In this document: positions 30,601-40,300 of the stretch, piece by piece
How the letters are laid out: the number at the start of each line of letters is the position of its first letter
How positions within the stretch are numbered: position 1 is the first letter of the stretch
Assembly: GCA_040222015.1 (NCBI GenBank)
Contig: JAVJWO010000052.1
Coordinates: 32,001 to 96,000, forward strand
DNA length: 64,000 nucleotides
Source of the DNA: Coleofasciculus chthonoplastes F2-STO-03
GTDB lineage: Bacteria > Cyanobacteriota > Cyanobacteriia > Cyanobacteriales > Coleofasciculaceae
Direction: 5' to 3'
Notes under the pieces: model-generated
Told to the model about the DNA's origin: nothing
The model's input: only the letters and a program-made list of their open reading frames with translations
Databases searched by the model: none
Made by a program: the position numbers and the translations under genes

Positions 30601-31909
30601 CCCTTTCTATACCGACGAAGACGAACTCGAGGAACTCCCCCTAATTGAAATTGATGCCCAGGTTGCCCAATGGGAGGAATCATTAACTCGTGACTATGAA
30701 ACCTATCTGGAACTCAAGGATATTTCCATTCTGACTTTAGCAGATGCCAGGGAAACTCTACATCGTATCGAACAAGCTACAGGGGCTAAACCTGCGCTTA
30801 TTTATGCTGTATTTGTACCCACCACAATTGCCAGTCAAGACAGTAAATCTTCAGCCCAGGAGTCTCCCTCACGAAATAGTGATCAACTGGAAATTATCCT
30901 TGTCACCGCCAAGGGGCAACTCATACGCCACCCGATACCCGGTGCAACCCGCGAAAAGGTAATGGATACCGCTGACAAATTGCGTCGCACCGTTACTGAT
31001 ACTCACATCCCTCGTCCCTATCAACGTTATGCCCAACAGTTTTATCAATGGCTAATTGCACCCTTAGAGACAGAATTAAAGACGCAAGAGATTAATAATC
31101 TAGCCTTCATTATGGATCAGGGATTGCGTTCCCTACCCCTGGCAGTTTTGCATGATGGGGAACAGTTTATGATTGAACGGTATAGTATTGGTGTCATGCC
31201 CAGTCTTTCCCTCACTGATACCCGCTATCGAGATGTGAGAAATTTGCAGGTTTTAGCTATGGGTGCGTCCAAATTTACTGACCAAAACCCCTTACCGGCT
31301 GTCCCCACTGAATTATCCGCGATCGCGACTCAATTATGGCAGGGGAAATTGTTCCTCAATGAAACCTTTACTGCCGCTAATTTGAAAAGAGCGAGGGCAT
31401 CTCAACCCTTTGGAATTATCCATTTAGCCACCCATGGTGAATTTAAATCTGGTAAACCCAGTTCGTCTTATATTCAGTTTTGGGATCGTAAACTCAGACT
31501 GAGTGACATCCGCCAATTAGGATTACATGACCCTAGTGCTGAACTGATGGTATTAAGTGCTTGTCGGACGGCTTTAGGGGATGAAGAAGCGGAGTTAGGA
31601 TTTACCGGGTTAGCGGTACAAGCTGGGGTGAAATCTGCCCTAGGTAGTTTATGGTATGTGAGTGATGAAGGCACCTTAGGATTAATGACAGGTTTTTATG
31701 AACAATTACAGCAATCGCCACTCAAAGCAGAAGCATTACGACAGGCACAATTAGCCATGATTCGCGGACAAGTGCGATTAGAAGAGGGTTATTTGATCAC
31801 GCCAAATCATCGGATTGCCTTACCGCCAGAATTAGCTAATTTGCCAAACAAGGAACTCACTCATCCCTATTATTGGAGTGCGTTTACTTTAGTCGGAAGT
31901 CCGTGGTAA
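27656..31909 (+). CDS. Filamentous haemagglutinin N-terminal (TPS) domain + CHAT peptidase protein
   Basis: Signal peptide; NLFHSF and LMNPAGIIFG; Gly-rich beta-helix repeats; Pro-rich linker; CHAT motifs HLATHG, VLSAC and HPYYWSAF. Confidence 0.9.
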   Translation: MKSAQWCKICLLTLCAGTVRLVTAAPVLAQSITPADDGTGTTVTPNGDNFDIQGGSLSNDGANLFHSFQELGINSEQIANFMATPDLRNILGRVIGENPSIIDGLIQVTGGTANLYLMNPAGIIFGANAQLNVPANFTATTATGIGFGNDWFNALGDNNYQNLVGDPSQFAFDLSQRGIIINAGELAVAPGRDLALLGGQVVNTGTLTASGGTITIAAVPNSRLVKISQSGQVLSFEVELPRNNEGLALPTNPLDLAALLTGSGNTVETGVEVTPSAEIQTDSGGIIPNQVGVAIASGTVESGTGHISIIGRGGTQENNTSGIFGIHIIDDSRVETIGEGTITLNGTGGSGGKFILGQAYPGNRGIWINNATVSSENGTIHLIGTGGSGENGLNSGVDIGNQGGIVQSTGTGTIIVEGTGGKAEEDAFEGSQGIRIDQASSISTKDGDIQLIGEGGTGSNRFNHGVEVYRSSTVEVTGTGNITIEGIAGAGVTENHGIRVQEFSEDNPSRITARDGAITLIGVGKGTGDSNYGIDLRGGGVETTAGGTLTLEGIGANGAAGINVQDGFIQASGTGESTTTLIADDIRVVDTPNIPQTPQIQGTGTVALSPLDPTVDITLGDTSDSNSNTWNLDIDKLNLFQEGFEQLVIGGEENQGTITLADDITFKIPVILRSLVGSGAIDTTGFTLTGAQDATITLEANQSIKTGTIINPGRAITLTSNGSIDTRSGILDSHDQTNNGGAISLSAVQDITTGDIDASSGGNGQGATITLTSRDGEIITNDLNSSGFSGGDILIDAATAITTGKINSSGTISDGGNVTLDPIGDIQVTFINAQGGNSGQGGQVDSTAGQFFRATGTFIDQNGINASISTAGGLGGDSITLRHGGDGVIPFIVGDGITNGTRGTITSGDFTIAPTQSFLFTQKVGNIQIISVDSPPIPVTPPTPVTESPIPVTPPILPPEFITSETNPPINLVNLIKPVTEAPFYTDEDELEELPLIEIDAQVAQWEESLTRDYETYLELKDISILTLADARETLHRIEQATGAKPALIYAVFVPTTIASQDSKSSAQESPSRNSDQLEIILVTAKGQLIRHPIPGATREKVMDTADKLRRTVTDTHIPRPYQRYAQQFYQWLIAPLETELKTQEINNLAFIMDQGLRSLPLAVLHDGEQFMIERYSIGVMPSLSLTDTRYRDVRNLQVLAMGASKFTDQNPLPAVPTELSAIATQLWQGKLFLNETFTAANLKRARASQPFGIIHLATHGEFKSGKPSSSYIQFWDRKLRLSDIRQLGLHDPSAELMVLSACRTALGDEEAELGFTGLAVQAGVKSALGSLWYVSDEGTLGLMTGFYEQLQQSPLKAEALRQAQLAMIRGQVRLEEGYLITPNHRIALPPELANLPNKELTHPYYWSAFTLVGSPW

Positions 31910-31914
31910 GTGAA

Positions 31915-32020
31915 TATAGCAATAGACACATCGATTAGGACGTTCGGCACCATTGTAGAGACCGTCCATGTTTGGTCTCTACATAAATGATGTGTCCTAA
32001 CAGCCATGGCGGTTGCTATA
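31915..32020. mobile_element. MITE-like element containing a GTAG palindrome
   Basis: TATAGCAA..TTGCTATA ends, inner TTAGGAC/GTCCTAA, core GTAGAGACC..GGTCTCTAC (31955-31982). Confidence 0.65.
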
Positions 32021-32212
32021 CATCGGGGTGAGGGCGCACATCGGTCATTGGTGTCAACTTAAGCTCAACCCCTCACCCCCAGCCCCTCTCCCAACCCCCC
32101 TCGTTCCCCCCTGCGAGGAGGGAGGACAAAGGATGCTTCGCTTTTTTTGCACGGGAGAGGGGAGCAAGAGCAGGGTAAAATAGAATGCTTTTCAAGTCAG
32201 AGGTACACAGAC

Positions 32213-32245
32213 AGATCCCCGACTTCTTGAAGAAGTCGGGGATCT
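32213..32245. repeat. Perfect palindrome, 16-bp arms
   Basis: AGATCCCCGACTTCTT-G-AAGAAGTCGGGGATCT. Confidence 0.9.
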
Positions 32246-32277
32246 TGCTTGAGTAAGTCAGGTTCCCTCGTCTTCCA

Positions 32278-32361
32278 CTACTCCTCTGGATTAGTAATCA
32301 ACCGAGTACCACGATTACGGGTGAAATAACTCCATGCCCATTGCACCATGACGATGATTTT
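32278..32361 (-). pseudogene. 3' remnant of a type-2 NADH dehydrogenase (NDH-2)-like gene
   Basis: KIIVMVQWAWSYFTRNRGTRLITNPEE* resembles the NDH-2 C-terminal amphipathic tail. Confidence 0.65.
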
Positions 32362-32401
32362 ATATGTGTGCCAATCTACCTGAGGGTCAACATTAAGTCG
32401 G

Positions 32402-32557
32402 GGGCGGGTTTAGTTATATTTGGGTGAGGTAAGACACGATAATCGTCAAACCCGCCCCTACATAAATCGGTAAAATTAAAGGAATCGGTGATCACCTGTA
32501 GGGGCGAGTCGCTGCTTAAATGGGGTGGTGTTAGGATTAACTGCGCTCGACTCGCCC
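32402..32557. repeat. Two long-loop GTAG hairpins with different arms
   Basis: GGGCGGGTTT-36 nt-AAACCCGCCC and GGGCGAGTCG-36 nt-CGACTCGCCC. Confidence 0.8.
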
Positions 32558-32619
32558 TGCCAAATGTGACAGTTTCAGATAATTAATCCTACGCGATTCA
32601 GGATTATGTCGAGAAAATT

Positions 32620-32871
32620 GATAGGTTAATTTTAGGCAATGGTTCATGTCAATTGTTCTTGGTTTTTCTGATACATGATGCAGGGCGACCCGATAAAATT
32701 TATAGGTCAATTGTGTTCATTTTTGCAGCGGGTCGCCCCTACGGTTGAATTGATATTGATATCGATAGGATTAGAATTGATGGGGGATGTCAAATATTAC
32801 GGTAAATAATCGGACATCGTTTACACATAAGACAAATGACGAATGACGAATGACAAATGACAAATGACGAA
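32620..32871 (+). mobile_element. About 250-bp composite dispersed element (hairpin + STRR tail), copy A
   Basis: Reverse-complement homolog of 51596-51866 along its length. Confidence 0.75.
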
Positions 32872-34131
32872 TCATTTCACACAATTCAACATTCGCACCG
32901 TCGCCGCCGCCGCATAATTCCGTTGGGCTTGGCTATTAGGAGAAAAAACACTCCCCCTTTCATTCAACGGAGACGCCACTCGACAATAAGCCGACATTTG
33001 AGTAATCAGTGCATCTGCCCAATGACCCTGAATATCGCTAAACTGTAAAGCAGACTGATTCGCTGTCAGCGTCGGTGGCTGACCTTGCAGGGTTAACGCA
33101 AACTCCGCCGCCCGTCGTTCCATTGCCATCAGTTCAGCACGAGTCACCGATTGTGTGGGTCGAAATTTTCCATCCGCATAACCACTAATGATGTTATTAT
33201 CCCGCGCCCATTGAATTTTAGCCGCACTCCATCGGGAGGGATTAACATCAGGATAAGGGGCAAAGGTAACTTGAGCAGGAAGTTCTAGATTGGCGTTGGG
33301 AAGTTGATTCAGGGCTTCAAAAATAATCGAAACCAATTGTTCACGGGTTAAAGCCGCTTGCGGTCTGAATGTGTTATCTTCTCTAAATCCAGCAATAAAT
33401 CCCATTGCCACGGCTTGCTGAATTTCATTGGCATAAATGTCATTGGCAACATCGGGAAAAGTTACCATTGGATTGCCAGTCCCTGAACCTGTGCCTGGGT
33501 TAGAACCTGTATTAGAACCCGTACCGGAACCTGTGCCTGGGTTAGAACCCGTACCGGAACCACTACCTGTACCAATACTGCTTAAGGGTTGACTATTTGC
33601 CAGATAAATATGACCCAATGGTTTACCTTGATAGGAACGTCGGGCAAAGTCCCAACCGGGTTCTAAGACTATCTTGACAAACCCATTGGCTAATCCTTGG
33701 GTTTTACCGACTATAACCTCTGGGGCGCTGCGATCGCGGCTATTTGTTCCTATCAGTACCAATTCACCATTGCGTTCAACAATTCTTAGTAAATAATCTA
33801 AGCCCAAATCTTCACCCGCCATGCGGATTGAATAGCCATTGCTATCGGTGCTACGTCCGCAAATCCCACTAAAGTCAAAGTTTAATAATAAGGGATCAAC
33901 GATAACAGGATTACTGCCACTTTCACTCCAACATTGCCGCGCATTGCTTTTTTGTTCGATAATCAACAGTTGATGGGAACTCTCGCCAAAAGGTGCAGCA
34001 ACCGCAATAAATTTATTTTGCTCAACCGGAATTTGCTCAAATGTCGCCGCCACGGATTTATTCGCGATGACGCTAGATAGGGCGATCGTGGCTAGGGTGG
34101 CTACTTGTGTGAAAAATGCACGTTTTCTCAT
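32872..34131 (-). CDS. DUF3747 + SLH domain protein
   Basis: Signal peptide; VDPLLLNFDFSGICGRSTDSNGYS; G/S/T/N/P linker; SLH motifs FRPQAALTREQ and FRPTQSVTRAE. Confidence 0.85.
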   Translation of the reverse strand: MRKRAFFTQVATLATIALSSVIANKSVAATFEQIPVEQNKFIAVAAPFGESSHQLLIIEQKSNARQCWSESGSNPVIVDPLLLNFDFSGICGRSTDSNGYSIRMAGEDLGLDYLLRIVERNGELVLIGTNSRDRSAPEVIVGKTQGLANGFVKIVLEPGWDFARRSYQGKPLGHIYLANSQPLSSIGTGSGSGTGSNPGTGSGTGSNTGSNPGTGSGTGNPMVTFPDVANDIYANEIQQAVAMGFIAGFREDNTFRPQAALTREQLVSIIFEALNQLPNANLELPAQVTFAPYPDVNPSRWSAAKIQWARDNNIISGYADGKFRPTQSVTRAELMAMERRAAEFALTLQGQPPTLTANQSALQFSDIQGHWADALITQMSAYCRVASPLNERGSVFSPNSQAQRNYAAAATVRMLNCVK

Positions 34132-34379
34132 CTTGTCCGCTTCAATCCTTGTAGGTTTATAGTCCTTCAAAACTTTCCTCTGCACAACGTCTGTGATGAC
34201 TCAGACATATAAAAGTTTCCCAGATTCCTCAGTTTTTGGCGTTTATGTAATATCTCGTAACAATTAACCGGATCAGGAACATCCTTGTGAAACAACAGAA
34301 ACTATCACAAGCTGAACCCCTATTCCTAGAACCCCTCAGCATGATCGGGGAAAACGTTTCACACTTGCAGGTCACAGGT

Positions 34380-35150
34380 ATGTTATTTAACTTTATCGGA
34401 TGGAGTGGGGCATTGGGAATCATTACCCTACTGATATTTGGCATCCTGCAATGGTTGCATATCAGCGCCGGACATTTTCTGGATTGGGTGATTGGAGTTG
34501 CCAGTTTTTGGTGGCTATTGGTGGTTGTGACAGTTCCCTGGAATGTCCACTTTGAAGCCAAGTCTGTTTTAGTAGATGCAGCGCAATCGGCGGAAAAGGG
34601 GATGCAGATTGACACCAAACAGGTTAATTATGCTCAAGTGGTAGCAACGCGATCGCTCTGGGTGGCGATTGCTTTACATATTCTATCTGCGATTGGGCTT
34701 TACACGCTAGCGGCTACGGGGATTAGTGCGGTAGGTTATGTGAGTTCGGGTGCGGCATTGTTGTTAACCGCCTTACGCCCAGCAATCCGACTCTATGAGT
34801 ATTTAGCTGCCCGTTTAGCGATGATTCGCCGGGAGTTTAAGTATCCTCGTGAGGATGTGTATCAACTACGCGATCGCGTCTCAAACTTAGAACAGGATAT
34901 CAGACAGATCCAACCCCAACTCGATCCCGAAAATAAGCAGTCTTGGGTAGCGATACAGAACCGTAACTGGGAAGAAACGCGCAAAGATGTCGCCCGTCTC
35001 CGCGCTTGTTTTGATCAACTCGAAGCCCAGAATGAGGCGGAACACAGGCGTCTAGCCCGGGAAGCCCAACAAGCGATCGCGCAATTAACCACAGATAGTC
35101 AATTCCTGGATCACATTCGCGAAATTATCCGGTTTTTCAAGACGGCATAA
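34380..35150 (+). CDS. Membrane protein with C-terminal coiled coil
   Basis: Four hydrophobic segments then a heptad-rich tail; start placed at ATG 34380. Confidence 0.7.
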   Translation: MLFNFIGWSGALGIITLLIFGILQWLHISAGHFLDWVIGVASFWWLLVVVTVPWNVHFEAKSVLVDAAQSAEKGMQIDTKQVNYAQVVATRSLWVAIALHILSAIGLYTLAATGISAVGYVSSGAALLLTALRPAIRLYEYLAARLAMIRREFKYPREDVYQLRDRVSNLEQDIRQIQPQLDPENKQSWVAIQNRNWEETRKDVARLRACFDQLEAQNEAEHRRLAREAQQAIAQLTTDSQFLDHIREIIRFFKTA

Positions 35151-35196
35151 TTTGTCTTATGTCATTCGTCATTTAGTTCAAATCGAAACAAAAAGA

Positions 35197-35255
35197 GGGC
35201 GGGTTTTGTTGATCAGTTGTGGATACACCCGTTCAGTAAACGGCTAAACCCGCCC
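35197..35255. repeat. Long-loop hairpin (GGGCGGGTTT-39 nt-AAACCCGCCC)
   Basis: Between convergent genes; end is CTAT rather than CTAC. Confidence 0.8.
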
Positions 35256-35261
35256 CTATAA

Positions 35262-35861
35262 TTAACCTTCCCTCACCATCCAAATTAGAAATCCCAGAAT
35301 CTGATCAACTGGAGGTAACGGATAATCGGTTAGCGCAATCGTTACCGTTTGTCCCTCCAGCTTCAGAAACCGCCACTGCGTACCACTGGTTACACAGCCA
35401 TACACGGTTGTAATCGAACGTTCCGCCGCCGCATTAAACCGTTGCGCCGCTACCATTTCCGCCACACATTGACCTAATCCTGTGCGAATATCTGCTTTCT
35501 TCGCTTCAGTCAGTATTACCACTGGGGCTTGAATAAAAAGTTGCTCAACGGAACGAGACAAAATAAAATCACAGATCCCATTTAAACCCACAGTGGAATC
35601 GACATCAAACTCTTCTCCCGAAAACAAGCTAACTTGAGAAAATAAAAGACGTTTTACTTCCCAGAGAATTGGGTAAATAATGCCCTCAGATCGCGCCTTT
35701 TCACTCCCTGTGGCTGTTAAAGGCAGACTCGTTTCTAGGAATTCCGTTAATGTGGGTGACGGTGTAACCGGAGCAACTTCGGGCAGAAATTGCGGAACCT
35801 CAACCAAGACGAGATTAAAATCTGCCACGGCTTTGGCAAGTGTAAACTGGCTGTAGGACAT
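35262..35861 (-). CDS. PD-(D/E)xK-like hypothetical nuclease
   Basis: GICDFIL..TEAKK..GLGQCVAEMVAAQRFN..YGCVTSG. Confidence 0.7.
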   Translation of the reverse strand: MSYSQFTLAKAVADFNLVLVEVPQFLPEVAPVTPSPTLTEFLETSLPLTATGSEKARSEGIIYPILWEVKRLLFSQVSLFSGEEFDVDSTVGLNGICDFILSRSVEQLFIQAPVVILTEAKKADIRTGLGQCVAEMVAAQRFNAAAERSITTVYGCVTSGTQWRFLKLEGQTVTIALTDYPLPPVDQILGFLIWMVREG

Positions 35862-35918
35862 TAGGCTAAGAGATTAAGAAACAGGAAGGAACAGAAAGAA
35901 ACAGCAAGGTATCGAGAA

Positions 35919-37310
35919 TCACTCTAAAAAACGTTCTTTATCCATCATTCCTGATTGAGATTTCTCATCCAAACCCAAGGGGATCTCGATCACAAATTCT
36001 GTTCCTTTTCCCAGTTGACTATTCACCTGTAATTGACCTTTGTGCTTTTCTACAATAATCTGATAACTAATAGCCAAACCTAACCCTGTTCCTGAACCCA
36101 CAGGCTTGGTCGTAAAAAAAGGATCAAAGACTTGGCGTTTGACCTGATCATTCATCCCTAAACCATTATCGGCAATTTTAATAACCACATTGGTATTGTC
36201 TTTAATTTCCGTACAAATCCAAATCGTTGGCGGACTCGATTCAAACCCATTCTTGCCTATTCCCCATTTTTCTTTCTGCTGATCAATGGCTTCAATGGCA
36301 TTGGTGATAATATACGTAAACACTTGGTTGAGCTGACCCCCATAACAGCCAATTTTAGGCAGATCGATATACTCTTTAATCACTCGAATAGCTGGTCGGT
36401 CTGACTTAGATTTAAGACAGTGCTGTAACAAAAATAGTGTATTATTAATTCCTTGATGAATATCCGTTAATTTAAAATCGGATTCATCCAAATGAGCAAA
36501 ACTCCGCAACAACAGAATAATCTGACATATTCGTTCCGCTCCCACTTGCATTGAGTTGAGAATTTTGGGTAAATCTGACTGCAAAAAATCCAGGTCAATG
36601 GCTTCAGTTTCTGCAACAATTTCGGGGAGGGGATTGTTGTAGGTGCGTTGATAAGAATGAAGTAAGTGTAAGAGTTCTTCCAGATAATTTTTTGTAATTG
36701 AGGCATTACTGTAGATAAAATTCAACGGATTATTAATCTCGTGGGCGATTCCGGCAACCATCCGACCCAAACTTGACATTTTTTCAGATTGGATAAGTTG
36801 AAGTTGGGTTTGTTGTAATTTTTTTAATGCCTGCTCAAGTTCTAAGGATCTTTGCCGTTCCTTCTCTTGTGAATGCAATAGTTTTTGATTTTGGTAAATG
36901 AGTCGCTTTTGCAGATTTCTCAAGGCAAGATGGGTTTGGACGCGACACAATACTTCTTCCGGTTGTAGGGGTTTGGTGATATAATCAACCGCACCAATTT
37001 TAAAGCCTTGGACTTTATCGACAGTATCGGAGAGTGCGGTCATAAAAATTACGGGAATATCTTGAGTTGATGGATCAGATTTTAGGCATTTACAGGTTGT
37101 AAATCCATCCAATCCCGGCATCATTACATCTAATAAAATCAGATCCGGCTGGGCATAGTGCACTTGTTCAATCGCACTTTCTCCATCTAAAGCGACTAAG
37201 ACTTTAAAGTCAGATTTAGTTAAATACTCAAAGAGAAACCCTAAATTGGTGGGGTTATCATCGACAATAAGCAGTTTACTTTTATCCGGAACTTGAAGGG
37301 TCATAAGCAA
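35919..37310 (-). CDS. REC-histidine kinase hybrid
   Basis: IVDDN, LLDVMMP, AHEINNPL, DNGLGM, GTGLGL. Confidence 0.92.
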   Translation of the reverse strand: MLMTLQVPDKSKLLIVDDNPTNLGFLFEYLTKSDFKVLVALDGESAIEQVHYAQPDLILLDVMMPGLDGFTTCKCLKSDPSTQDIPVIFMTALSDTVDKVQGFKIGAVDYITKPLQPEEVLCRVQTHLALRNLQKRLIYQNQKLLHSQEKERQRSLELEQALKKLQQTQLQLIQSEKMSSLGRMVAGIAHEINNPLNFIYSNASITKNYLEELLHLLHSYQRTYNNPLPEIVAETEAIDLDFLQSDLPKILNSMQVGAERICQIILLLRSFAHLDESDFKLTDIHQGINNTLFLLQHCLKSKSDRPAIRVIKEYIDLPKIGCYGGQLNQVFTYIITNAIEAIDQQKEKWGIGKNGFESSPPTIWICTEIKDNTNVVIKIADNGLGMNDQVKRQVFDPFFTTKPVGSGTGLGLAISYQIIVEKHKGQLQVNSQLGKGTEFVIEIPLGLDEKSQSGMMDKERFLE

Positions 37311-37363
37311 TGATCAATGATGAAACAAGCAAACAATTCAGACATATAGTGATTCATGAACTA

Positions 37364-40300
37364 TCAACCATCAACAAGATAATCTTGAATCAGTTCCCGC
37401 AGTTGTTTCAATCGAAACCCTCTCGCTAACTGACAAATTTGGCTGGTTAAGGGTTCAAATTGCGAATTTTGTTGGGCTAGAGATTCAGCGCGTTCGATAA
37501 TGCCTTGGATATCCCCCATTTTAACTAAATCAGCTAATGCTGTAATTTCTGATGAGGGTAGGGAAATAATCGGCGTCTGGGTTAGAGTAGTCGCCTCAGT
37601 TGGGGAGGGGAATTGAGGTTGGGAATAAATCCATTCTAGTTCTAAATGGTGCGCGATCGCGTCGAGAAGTTGCTGGGTTTCCACAGGCTTGGCGAGAAAA
37701 CCCCGACACCCGGCGGCGAGACTCTCCTGCTGAATCTGGGGGTAGACACTTGCAGAAAGCGCGATCGCGACGATATCCCTATCCTGGAGTTGGGGTAACT
37801 TTAGCATTCGGCGCGTGGTTTCCAATCCATCTATCCCTGGCATCACTAAGTCAATTAAAATCAGATCAGGATAAAACTCGACAACCTTGTGCAAACAATC
37901 TGGACCATCAACCGCCTCTAAGATTTCAAACCCTACAGGCTTTAGCATCGCCCGCAAGAGAGCACGATTAACTCTATTATCATCCACAATCATTAATTTG
38001 CGTTTGTCCCCTTTGAAGCCTGTAATCCGGCGTTTGCTAGATGGATTGGGTTCCTGCCATCCTGATACTAAGGGTAAATTAATATCAAACCAGAATACAC
38101 TTCCTTGACCGGGAATACTCTTCACCTTAATTTCACTCCCCATCAGTTGAATTAATTTCTGGCTAATCGCCAATCCTAGTCCCGTTCCTTCAGTCGCATG
38201 GCTATGAGCGCTGACTTGATGGAAGGGTAAAAAGATTTGGGCTAATTGACTTGGCTCAATACCCACACCTGTATCTTTAATTTGAAAGCGAAGTTTTGCT
38301 GATGGTTGATGGTTGATTCTTAACCCTTCGCTTGGATCAAGATCAGGGTTTGTAGGGGCGGGTTTAGGGACTTGATTTTGACTATTGATGGTAACGTTTG
38401 TACAAAACCCGCCCTGACTAATTTTTGCTTCGAGGGTATGATTTGTAGAGACAGATTTTACATGGGTTCGATTAACAACACTCACCCTAAATGTCACATC
38501 ACCCCGCTCCGTAAACTTAATCGCATTACTGAGTAAATTACACAGAACCTGTCGCAGTCGTTTGTTATCCGCCATCACCCCGTTAGGAAGTGGCGAAAGC
38601 ACTTGATAGGTAAAGATAATATCTTTTTGTTGGGCACGTAACTGAAACAAATCAGCAAGACTATGGAGAAAGTTCGGCAAGTGAAACTCTGTGGGATAGA
38701 GTTCCATCTTTTGCGCTTCAATCTTAGCTAAGTCTAGAATGTCATTAATTAACGTGAGCAGGTGTTCACCACATTGGTGAATGATGGTCAAATTATGGTG
38801 CTGTTGGTTAGTTAAGGTTGTGTCTTGTCTGAGCAGTTGAGCATACCCTAAAATACCATTTAACGGCGTGCGGAGTTCATGACTCATATTGGTCAAGAAT
38901 TCGCTTTTGGCACGGTTAGCAATTTCGCTGCGTTTGGCTTCTCGAACGGCTAATTCTGTCGCTTTCTGGAGGGCTTCTTCGGCTTGCTTGCGTTCGGTAA
39001 TATCTAAATAGGCAACAACCACACCGGAATCGCGTAAGGGAATGGGTGCTGCGGTGGCACTGATCCAAGTGATTTTTCCATCTGGCTTAACGATTCCCGA
39101 TTCATGGTTTTTGATAACTTTGTTTTCGGTTAACGCTCTAACATTGGCAAATTCTGGTTGTGGCATCACCGTACCATCCGGTCGGATAACTTTCAAGTTG
39201 GGCGAAACATATTTGGTATGAATTCGGTCAGAAACCGATAGCCCCAAAATTTTCTCACTCGCCGCATTCGCTTCAATCAAATTCCCCTGTTTATCGGTGA
39301 TTGAAATGCCAATGGGTAAGATTTGAAACAGGGTTTTATATTTTTGTTGGCTTTCCCGTAATGCCTTTTCCATGCGCTTGCGATCGCTAATGTCAATGTA
39401 GGCAATGGCAACGCCGTAATCGGGGAGAGGAATGGGGGCGGCGGTGACGCTAATCCAAGTGATTTTATCCTTGGCTTTGACGATTCCCATTTCCATGTTT
39501 TCAATGACTCGGTTTTCGGTTAAAGCGCGAACACTGGCAAATTCAGAGGCTGGCATGGGAGTACCATCTAGTCGAATAATGGGCAAATTGGGAGCATCAT
39601 AAGTGCGACTGGTTTGTTCTTGGCGGGATAGTCCTAAAATTTCCTGACTGGCTTCATTGGCTTCAGTAATATTTCCCCCTTGATCAGCAATAGAAATACC
39701 AATCGGAAAGATTTGAAACAGGGTTTTATATTTCTGCTGACTTTCTCGCAATACCTCTTCCATTTGTTTGCGATCATTGATATCCTCACAAACGATGGCA
39801 ATATATCGGGGTGAACCATCATCATGTTTAATTACCGATACCGTGATCCGACCCCAAACACAAGCCCCATCTTGGCGCAGATAGCGTTTATCGATGGTGT
39901 AGTTTGTGCGTTTTCCGCACACGATTGAATCAAATAAGTCGGTATCCAGAGATAAGTCTTCTGGGTGAGTCAACCGAGAAAAATGCATCCCGATGATTTC
40001 ATCGGGGGAGTAGCCTAAGAACCGACAATTGGCTTCGTTTGCTGTCAGAATATACCCGTCGAGATCCAGCAGGGCAATTCCCACCGAGACATTCTCAAAA
40101 ATAGACCGGAATTGTTCTTCATTCTCTCGTAGGGTTTTTTCAGCCTGTTGGCGATCGCGAATTTCTCGTTTGAGTTTTTCATTGGCTTGCTGTAAAGCTT
40201 CAGTGCGTTCTTTCACCCGTTGTTCCAATTCAGCATTCAAGCTTAATATTTTGGTTTCAGCTAATTTTATCGTGGTAATATCGGTGGCGACGCCTAAAAT

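Noticed and set aside
33480..33570. Nucleotide repeats in the SLH gene
   Set aside because: Ordinary Gly/Ser/Thr/Asn/Pro linker
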